From Octopus sinensis (taxonomy: Eukaryota), in assembly GCF_006345805.1 (NCBI RefSeq), contig NC_043002.1, positions 88,412,001 to 88,476,000 of the forward strand: 64,000 nucleotides of DNA, written 5' to 3'. A model generated the notes under the pieces. The model did no database searches. It was not told the DNA's origin and worked only from the letters and a program-made list of their open reading frames with translations. A program made the position numbers and the translations under genes. This document shows positions 54,556-64,000 of the stretch, one piece after another; position 1 is the stretch's first letter; the number at the start of each line of letters is the position of its first letter.

Positions 54556-54935
54556 ATCCTTGTCGCCACTGTTATATCGCACGCTCTGATGACCTCTACT
54601 CAATTATTATCAAAGACTGTGTCGTTGAACTTGAAAATGCTGTTGTAGTGAAACCTGGTGGTCACATTAAGAAGAAAAACAGAAAAGGAATTTAACGAGA
54701 GCAATCTCCCTCAAGCTTCTGGAAAGTTCTCAAACATTCTGGAAGCTTCCGGTTTACATGGAAGTCGGGGACTTCTGGTTCATCCCTTGTATAAAGGAAG
54801 TTATTTCTAAATTCACGCCATTCAGTGCCTGTTGATTCTTCGACCATCATTGGGTCAGGCCGCCACATTTACACATCAGCTTGCACACATGTTTGCCTCA
54901 CTTACTTGGAGACATGTGATTGCAGACATCTCACA
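54556..54935 (-). mobile_element. Gypsy-type 5' LTR plus primer-binding site, internal region lost
   Basis: LTR ends ...TATAACA, 1-nt spacer, PBS TGGCGACAAGGAT (1 mismatch to the tRNA-Ser(GCU) 3' end as I recall it); LTR 5' end approximate. Confidence 0.65.
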
Positions 54936-55969
54936 AATTTCTATTTTCTTGTTGTTATATATAAGATAGTGACCCCTCTTTTTCTCATTAAATTATTTTC
55001 TATTTCATTTTCTATTTTATCTAGTTTCAGCTCACAAGCTGTGGCCATGCTGGGGCACCGCCATTTTAATTGACATTACCACAATAAAATGGTAACCCTG
55101 ACATCACTATACTGTATTCCTAATCATAACATTCATTATTTCTTCTCCAGAACACTCTTTAATATGGATGTGAAGGAATGGTTCTGTTAATAATTTCCAT
55201 TCATAGCTTTTATACTCAATCCCACTGCTTTGCCCCTTGGACAAAGGTCTTCTGTAACAGCCTTTGGATAACCAACACCTTGTGAGTGGGATTTGGTTGG
55301 TGGAAAATATGTGGAAGCTCATCGAAATGGTTATTCCTATTCTTGGATGTAGAATTAAATTATAGTCTGGTTTAATACCACCAGCTGATCCTGAGAGGTG
55401 GGAGCCTTCTGTGGAATTCACTATTGCAAGCATTTGAGCCATGTGTGTGGTATGATGATGACTTCCTCTCACCATTCCTAGTAACCTTGAAAACCTTGAA
55501 AAAACAATTGCAAAAAAAAAAAAAAATAAAGAAAATGCAATTAGGTGCCATTATGTAAAGAACAATTTGTTTGACTCAAATGAATGCATCAGTACCCTCT
55601 GCAAAGTGTTTGGAGTTACGAAGGAGATCTAGTTGTAAAACTGATGCCAACTGGTTCCTGACCACATCTGAGAGAGAAAAGTAATCCAAACAAAAACTGA
55701 TTCAAGCCATAATGACTCATCTCCAGCCCATACCATCATGGAAAGACAACATAAAAATGATGGTGATGATGATATCGACATAAATGCTGACAATGAAACT
55801 GCACGTGAGAGATGTTGACTGTCTCTCATCTAACCAATTCCAGTTGTCCCATAAACTAGATCTATAATGGACTGACAATCTATCCTGGACAGAGATGCTG
55901 CTTGGAACATTTAATGCTTTCAAAACACTAGTATGTACTCATCTCCTATACACAACAGTACTTCCTGTA

Positions 55970-56001
<32 letters not shown>

Positions 56002-56504
56002 GTGAGGATGATGAGGGGGTTGAATGTGGCAAATAAAAAGAAGCAACATAAAGCAAGCAAACAAAATAAGAATTTCTATACAATTCCATTTTTATTTATG
56101 CCTTTTTGTCTTGTCTTATTGTTATTTTAGCAGAATTTATCATGAAAATAATGATAGAATGAAGAATGTTATGAATATTTTTGTTAAGCATTTAAAAAAC
56201 AAAAATTAAAAGGAAGTGGAAAATGTTTTATTTCAAGGGACAAAAAAGAAAAAAAAATGGAATAATATCCCTTAGGAATTTTTGTAGAATGGTTTAATAT
56301 CAGAGATCTAAATACTGGCTCCAGTGAGGGTAACAGGATGAAATAAAATAAAGCGAAAAAAACACAAAAAAAAAATTAATGTATGGTTAAATAGATAAAT
56401 AAATATACATAAAGAATAACATAAATAACAAAAACAGATAACAATATCAGAAGGAATATGAATACATGAAAAACAAAAGACTATATGTAAACAATTAATA
56501 TTCA

Positions 56505-56559
56505 TATGTATATATGTATATATATGGGATTGTGTGCATGCATGTATGTGCATGTGTAC

Positions 56560-56616
<57 letters not shown>

Positions 56617-56836
56617 TATATATATAATATATATGTATATATATATATATACACGCACAACATTGACAATGATGACAACATGCGTTTGTGTGTGGATGTA
56701 TATACACATATATATATATATATATGTGTACATTTAAATATATATATACACACATACATACATAAATAAACATATGTACATACATATACACATACATACA
56801 TATATACATATATATATACATATACATTTATAAAAA

Positions 56837-56868
<32 letters not shown>

Positions 56869-57089
56869 CATATACATACACATACACTTACATGTATATG
56901 AATGTGTGTATATGTACACACACACTCACACACACATGCACACACATACTCACACATATGTATACCACAGAGATGCATTTGAAATGACAAGTTTCAGTTT
57001 TGAAAACTATATATATATTATATATATATATACATATATATGTATATACATATACATATACATATATATATATATGTATGCATATATAT

Positions 57090-57146
<57 letters not shown>

Positions 57147-57149
57147 ATG

Positions 57150-57180
<31 letters not shown>

Positions 57181-57215
57181 GTATATATATATATACACAC
57201 ATATATATATATAAA
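56505..57215. repeat. (TA)/(CA) compound microsatellite
   Basis: Direct reading. Confidence 0.95.
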
Positions 57216-58828
57216 CCTTCCTGACAACAGTAGTGTGCAACCCTGTTTCAGATAATGCTGTTGCAGTTGCTTGTGTTATTGCTGCTTTTGATGATGCTAC
57301 TGCTGATGATGATTATAACGTTGATATTTTTATTGCTCTCATCATAATGTTAACTGCCTTATCTAATATTAATGGCTAGCATTGGCTGCAAGGCCACACA
57401 GTTTTTTAGTAGGAGGGTATTGTCTATTATATCAGCACCACTACTTGAACAGTACTCCAATTTCTTGACCCTGCTAAGGTTCAAAAGAAGATTTATGTAA
57501 GCTGCACTCTCTGACATGCAATGAGGAATGGTGTAGGGTATTACATTACACTTTCTCTACTATTCAATCCATTTTTGCATGGCTGCAGAATATAATGTTG
57601 TGCACAACAAAGGTAAGTATAATAGATCCAGTCAGAACAACACTCTTGCTATTCCTCTGTATTTAGCATCAGTGATGTGCCTTCCAACATAGTGTTTAGA
57701 ATCGTATTTGAGGGTGCATGACCTAGTAGTTAGGGTGTTGCCCTCATAACTGAAATCATGGTTCAGTTCTTGGCCTAGACAGTATGTTGCTTTAATGAGC
57801 AAAACACTTCATCTTAAATTACTGCTATCACTTCAACATCTGACTTGTAGCATACCATGCATCTCTACAGGCAATATCAGTTTAATGTACAGCACAAACA
57901 TTTGATCACCAGTGCCGCCTTGACTGGCTTCTGTGCCAGTGGCACGTAAAAAGCACCAACCAATCATGGCCGCTGCCAGCCTCCCCTGGCACCTGTGCCG
58001 GTGGCACGTAAAAAGCACCCACTACACTCACGGAGTGGTTGGCATTAGGAAGGGCATCCAGCTGCGGAAACACTGCCAGATCAGACTGGAGCCTGGTGCA
58101 GCCTCCTGGCTTCCCAGACCCCGCTCGAACTGTCCAACCTGTGCTAGCACAGAAAACAGACGTTAAATGATGTTGATGATGTTGATGATGATGATGATGA
58201 AAGAAATTATCTGAAGTTGTAAGTTGTGAAATAGTATTTCTCAGATCAAAAGACAACCAATTAATTTATATTATTCGTGTTGCAACTGTTTTTGTGTAAT
58301 AAACATATATTTTTCTTTTCAGCTGAGTGGAACACAGTTTATTATAGAATAATGTTGTAGTGGTGCTCTGGGGTGTTGTGTGCATGTGTCATCATATTTA
58401 GTGATCATTTGTCATTTAGTTCAACAAATTGTAGCTCTTACATGCACACATCCACTGGAGTATACTTGCTTCATTTCTTTCACATCTTCAGACATCCTTC
58501 ATATTTAGTGCTTATGTTTCTCTACCCTGCAGCATCATACATTATTCACAAGAGGCAGCATTTAATCTGCCACTACCACCATCATATAATTCTTTCTCCT
58601 CTTCTTCCTCCCCTTCTCTTCCTAACCCTCCCTCTCCGCATCACCATAAACATTAGGAAAGACAACTGTGATAAGTAAAAGGAACAGTAATAGCTCAAGG
58701 AAGAAGAATGTCAGTAGAAAACTTAAGTAGAATTTATTGATTAATAATGATATTTGGACTTGTAGAAATGTCAATAATCATTCATAACACTTTGGCCATT
58801 GGATCTAACATCCACTTTATGTTCTTAC

Positions 58829-59029
58829 TAGTGTCTTTTCCTTGTCAGGAAAAAATTTGTTTAATTCACTGGAATGTCGACCTTTTTCAATTGGTTCAGA
58901 GAATAGTGAGATTTCTATTTGTGCCTCTTGTTGTTCTGCTGGGATGTGTTCTTGTACATTTGGGATAGAAGGAATCATTCCTTCAGCTGTTGGAGTATAT
59001 GGATCAAGATATATCTGATTTATTGTTTC
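58829..59029 (-). CDS. Candidate host exon (201 nt, phase 0->0): ETINQIYLDPYTPTAEG...FPDKEKTL
   Basis: 67 open codons, donor CTA|gtaaga, moderate acceptor. Confidence 0.3.
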
Positions 59030-59819
59030 CTAACTGGACTCATACAAAGTATGACATCACATTTCCCTCTTTTATTGATTTTTTGATTGGCAAATCTCCC
59101 TTTATCGCCATATGATTTTGCTTAAGATTGACCCTTTTTGTGTACACATACCAAATTTTAATCAACCAGGCAGCTATTCACAGCATCAGTAAATATTTTA
59201 TTCATTTTTTTCTATATCAGAGATGACAAATTCTGATTAAGCATGTGACTGGTTGTGAGTGCACATCATTGAAGAGGCCTCTAAAAGGCTAAGATGCAAC
59301 TGGCACTTTCACTGGTTGCTGTTGGGGAGAATTTTCGTCTCTATTCAATAGAAATTTTCCCTTTCCTATAACTTGAGTGTGTGCTCTGATACCTCTGCAC
59401 AATCTCTCTTTTTTTTAAACTGGGGTAGCTATATATCTTCTCTACTATGAGACATCTATTTCTATCCCTCCATCATACATACTTTAACTTCATATCACCT
59501 TTCATAAATCCACCTCCTCAATACTACACCCCTCAGCTCAGTTGAGAGGTTTTGTCTTGCAAGTTACTTGGTGACATCCCTTCTGCTAGTGCCATGTAAA
59601 AAGCACCAAGTACACTCTGGGAAGTGGTTAGCATTAGGAAAGGCATCCAGCCATAGAAACCATCCCAAAGCATAAATTGGAGCCTGGTACAGTCCACATG
59701 CTTGTTAGCTCCTGTCAAACTGACCAACCCATGCCAGCATGGAAAATGGATACTAAATACTGCTGCTGCTGCTAATGATGATGATGATGATGATGATGCT
59801 AGTAATGGCGCAATGGTCT

Positions 59820-60171
59820 CTACTTTCTAATGCACCCTGTAATTACAGCATGACATGAATAATGCCTTCTATGATAATAATAATTCCTTTTTCGTATATA
59901 ACTGCTTTTTTTCTCCATTGGATTGAGAGAATGAGAATGGAAAGCCTCTGGCTTACTATTTTGACTAAGATTTCTATATGAACTGTCTTTTGATGCAGCT
60001 GTTTCTAGCATTATTACACTTTTGGAAATCAGTGCTGAAACAAGAGAAGCTTATTGCGTCGTTTTTCGGTTATGCATCCAAGATGAGAAATGAAGTTCTA
60101 TGATACTTTATTTATTTGAATATTTATAATTTATACATACCTGAAGCTATTATAAACAACAGTGTCATCAT
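59820..60171 (-). CDS. Candidate two-exon ORF (60171-60141, 60034-59820) with signal-peptide-like N-terminus and dibasic sites
   Basis: ATG follows an in-frame stop; donor CAG|gtatgt, 106-nt intron, acceptor cttctcttgtttcag; MMTLLFIIASALISKSVIML...KK...RKR...RR-HYSCHAVITGCI-RK*. Confidence 0.35.
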
Positions 60172-60548
60172 TAGGTATGAACCCTTTTATATTAATGGAT
60201 AATTTTGCAGATTCCTTTGATAAATTTATTGCCTATCTTGAAAGACATCATAGGGTTATGAAGTCAAATGAGACTAATAAAATGGGTTTATTTCTAGAGT
60301 AGAGGATGCAGCAGCCAGTTACAATGTAATGAAATAGAATGACCTGAAATTACAAAGGAGGAAGCAGATGTCATTACCTATTATTCAAGAGCAAAAATAT
60401 TCATTGCATGTAAATTTATTAGCAATAAAAATACACTTAATGCAGGAATAAGGGTATAGTTGTCTAACAACCAATTAAGGATTTTGTCAGTTTCTTAGAT
60501 AAATATCAAAACATTTGCAAGAAGTTCTTCAAGATGCTTTTATTTTAA

Positions 60549-60778
60549 GGGTGACGAGTTGGCAGAATCGTTAGCATGCCGGGCGAAATGCGTAGCCGTA
60601 TTTCATCTGTCGTTACGTTCCGAGTTCAAATTCCGCCGAGGTTGACTTTGCCTTTCATCCTTTCGGGGGTCTATAAATTAAGTACCAGTTATGCCCTGGG
60701 GTCGACGTAAACGACTTAATCCGTTTGTCTGTCCTTGTTTGTCCCCTCTGTGTTTAGCCCCTTGTGGGTAGTAAAAAA
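60549..60778 (+). mobile_element. SINE family B
   Basis: Full copy; others at ~38846(+) and 62542(-, TSD TAGAGATA), with degenerate ones at ~4405, 6028, 11270, 20200, 38600, 40250 and 46650. Confidence 0.9.
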
Positions 60779-61356
60779 AAGAAAATTTTTACCAAAACCT
60801 TAAAAGAGAAACCAATAAAAAACTTTAGTTTTGCTTTACTTTATTTTATAAAACTGGAAAACCTTTGCTTTTGCTATTTCAATAACCCAGTAGGAAGAGG
60901 CTATAGATAGCATTACAACAAATTTTAATCCTTATGTTGTTGTTGTTGGGAAATCAATTACAATTCAGGCTAAAACTTCTTTTTGGTGTGAGATTAAAAA
61001 TATTTTACCTGGCCATTGAAAACATGTTGCTGTTGATAACCACTGTCTCAGTTCTAATATAAGGTATGTCAGAATCCAATAATGTCAGCAATAGCACTCT
61101 AGAGAAACCAAAGTGGAGATTTATTTTTCTGTAAGGGGAACAAGAAACAGAGGCAATTAAGATAAGCCTCGGTGAGCCTTTCATTCATTATAGGTATAAG
61201 TGTGGTTGAGTTTTTAAGAAGTTCACTTTTTAACCACGAGGTTTCAGGTTCATTTCCACTATGTGGTACCTTGGGTATTAGTCTTTCATTATAACCCAGG
61301 GTTGACCAGATCCTTGTCAGTAGATTTGAGACAAAAACTGAAAGATGTCTGTCATA

Positions 61357-61365
61357 TGTATGTAC

Positions 61366-61396
<31 letters not shown>

Positions 61397-61473
61397 TGTA
61401 TGTATGTATGTATGTATGTATGTATGTATGTATGCATGTATGTATGCATGTATGTATGTATGTATGTATGTAC

Positions 61474-61504
<31 letters not shown>

Positions 61505-61633
61505 TGTATGTGTGTATGTATGTATGTATGCATGCATGCATGTATTTATGTATGTATGTATGTATGTATGTATGTATGCATGCATGCATGTATGTATGTA
61601 TGTATGCATGTATGTATGTATGTATGTATGTAC

Positions 61634-61664
<31 letters not shown>

Positions 61665-61773
61665 TGCATGTATGTATGCATGCATGTATTTATGTATGTA
61701 TGTATGTATGTATGTATGTATGTATGCATGCATGCATGTATGTATGCATGTATGTATGTATGTATGTATGTAC

Positions 61774-61804
<31 letters not shown>

Positions 61805-61940
61805 TGCATGTATGTATGCATGCATGTATTTATGTATGTATGTATGTATGTATGTATGTATGTATGTATGCATGCATGCATGTATTTATGTATGTATGTA
61901 TGTATGTATGTATGTATGTATGTATGCATGTATGCATGTA
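61357..61940. repeat. (ATGT)n microsatellite with ~140-nt higher-order units
   Basis: Variant markers TACATATG and TATTTA recur periodically. Confidence 0.95.
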
Positions 61941-63567
61941 TCAAATGTGCAGAAAACAAAAGACAGAGACAAGTGGTGGAACAACAAGCAGGTGTGTTAG
62001 TCTGATGCTCAGGTAAAATGGAAAAGTCTTTGACGTTTTGAACCTATACTTTTCAACAGAAAGGGATGAAAGTAAAAAAAAATGGAGAGAGAGAGAAAAC
62101 AATGTGTTGGGATATGTATGCATGTATGTATGTGTAAGTATGCGCATGCACACGTGTGTGTGCATGTGTGTTATATGTGTGTATGTTTGTGTCTCCTTGT
62201 CTCATCATGTGATAGATGTAAAAAAGTGATACTGCCATGCATGCAGTCTTCTGTAAAAACATGTCTGGTTATGGTAAAATATTACCTAACTTGAAATAGG
62301 CCAGGGTTGACAAGAAGGACATCCAGCCATAAAAAAAAAAAATCTACTTCAATGAATTCTGTCTGACCCATGAAAGCATGGAAAAGAGGATGATGATGAT
62401 GATGATGATGATGATGGTGGTGATGAGGATGATGGTAATGATGATGATGATGATTGTGGTGGCAATGACGACAGCAATGACAACAACAACAAAAATGATG
62501 GCAGTATCAACAGCAACAGCAGCAACAATGATAGAGATATATTTCTTTACTACCCACAAGGGGCTAAACACAGAGGGGACAAACAAGTGTGTAACTGGTA
62601 CTAAATTTATCGACCCCGAAAGGATGAAAGGCAAAGTCGACCTCGGCGGAGTTTGAACTTGGAACATAGCAACAGACGAAATACAACTACACATTTCGCC
62701 TGGCGTGCTAACATTTCTGCCAGCTCGCCACCTTAGAGATAGCAATAACAATGATGGTGGTGACAATGGCACTGACAGTAGCAACGATGACATCAATGAT
62801 GGCAGCAATGATGACAACGATGACAAAGGCAATGGCAATAATGAATCAACGATGACTTAAAATACCAGTAGGGAATTGTTTCTGGTTTGTTAAGGTATTG
62901 CAAAAAAAACAAAAGCTAGGTATTAAATTATATTCTGAATCACATCAAAAGGCGAGATATCTATGATGGAAACAATCTACCTAATAATTGAAATTTTTGT
63001 GATCCATGGAATATCTGATTCTATCATCTTGGCAATCAGTACATCAACACAATTCCAATCACTTTAGATTGAATGTAAAGGTAAAGTTCCCTTTTACTGT
63101 TTCTGCTGTATTATTTTATCAGAAATTTTGTACGGGTACAAGACCAATTTTACAGAACCATTGCCAGGGCAGTTAACTTTGCCAGAGCGGCTAACTGGCT
63201 TCCACGCCAGTGGCATGTAAAAAGCACCATTCGAGCGTGATCATTACCAGCGTCGCCTTACTGGCACTTGTGCCGGTGGCACGTGAAAAAGCATTCGAGC
63301 GAGGTCGTTGCCAGTGCCACTGGACTGGCTCCTGTGCATATGGCACATAAAAAACAACATTTGAGCATGGCCGTTACCAGTACAACCTGACTGGCCTTCG
63401 TGCCAGTAAAAGCACCCACTACACTCTCGGATTGGTTGGTGTTAGGAATGGCATCCAGCTGTAGAAACTCTGCCAGGTCAAGATTGGAGCCTGGTGCAGC
63501 CAATCTGGTTCGCCAGTCCTCAGTCAAATCGTTCAACCCATCCTAGCATGGAAAGCGGACATTAAGC

Positions 63568-63598
<31 letters not shown>

Positions 63599-63730
63599 GG
63601 TTCTAAAACTATTCCAGATTACTGATTTATCAGAACCAGGGAGTGATCACCTTGGTCAACACACTCTAAATTAAACAAAGTTGTCAGTTAGAAAATCCCA
63701 ATTAGAGATGAGAGTAGTGACTATACTGAC

Positions 63731-63990
63731 AAGTAAAGTTAATGCCTTATCAATATGGCTGTTTGATGTTACTACTGTTTTAACCCTAGGCGGATCTTCC
63801 ACCAGCTAGTTATAAGTGCAGCCTGCACCCTGTGTATATTGCAAGCAGGGAGGATGGTAGGGATTTGCTCCTCCACTTGCAATATATACAGGGTGCAGGC
63901 TTCACCTATAATCAGCTGGCAGAAGATCTGCCCAGGGTTAAAATTTAGTAACATCAAACAACCATATTGGTGTGGTGATTAACTTTACTT
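63731..63990. repeat. Long imperfect palindrome (~115-bp arms, 30-nt loop) with TTAA-CCCT...AGGG-TTAA core
   Basis: Arms aligned by eye; the inner 25-bp stem has a single G.T pair. Confidence 0.9.
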
Positions 63991-64000
63991 AAACAAAGGT

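Overview
AT-rich, repeat-saturated eukaryotic genomic DNA, most likely an octopus (coleoid cephalopod). That assignment rests on my recognition of the SINE families and the microsatellite style, not on a database search. Nearly all ORFs in the supplied track are artefacts of microsatellites or SINEs. The window holds dozens of tRNA-derived SINE copies (here families A, B, C and E, with shuffled head/tail modules) and an RTE-type (TGA)n-tailed retroposon (family D). It also holds decayed LINEs (R4/Dong-like, RTE, CR1), Penelope-type pseudo-LTRs with hammerhead-ribozyme cores, and Gypsy LTR remnants. DNA-transposon fossils comprise DD41D, mariner, DD36E Tc1-like and piggyBac, plus two MITE-like inverted-repeat elements. 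Non-TE items are a 51-codon ATP synthase beta fragment lodged inside a SINE microsatellite, two tandem tRNA-Cys pseudogenes, and several long fold-back hairpins. A tentative minus-strand host gene was pieced together by hand from small exons; its 5' end could alternatively encode a short secreted Cys-peptide precursor. No intact autonomous TE and no confidently nameable host gene were found. SINE boundaries without TSDs are approximate (about 10-20 bp).
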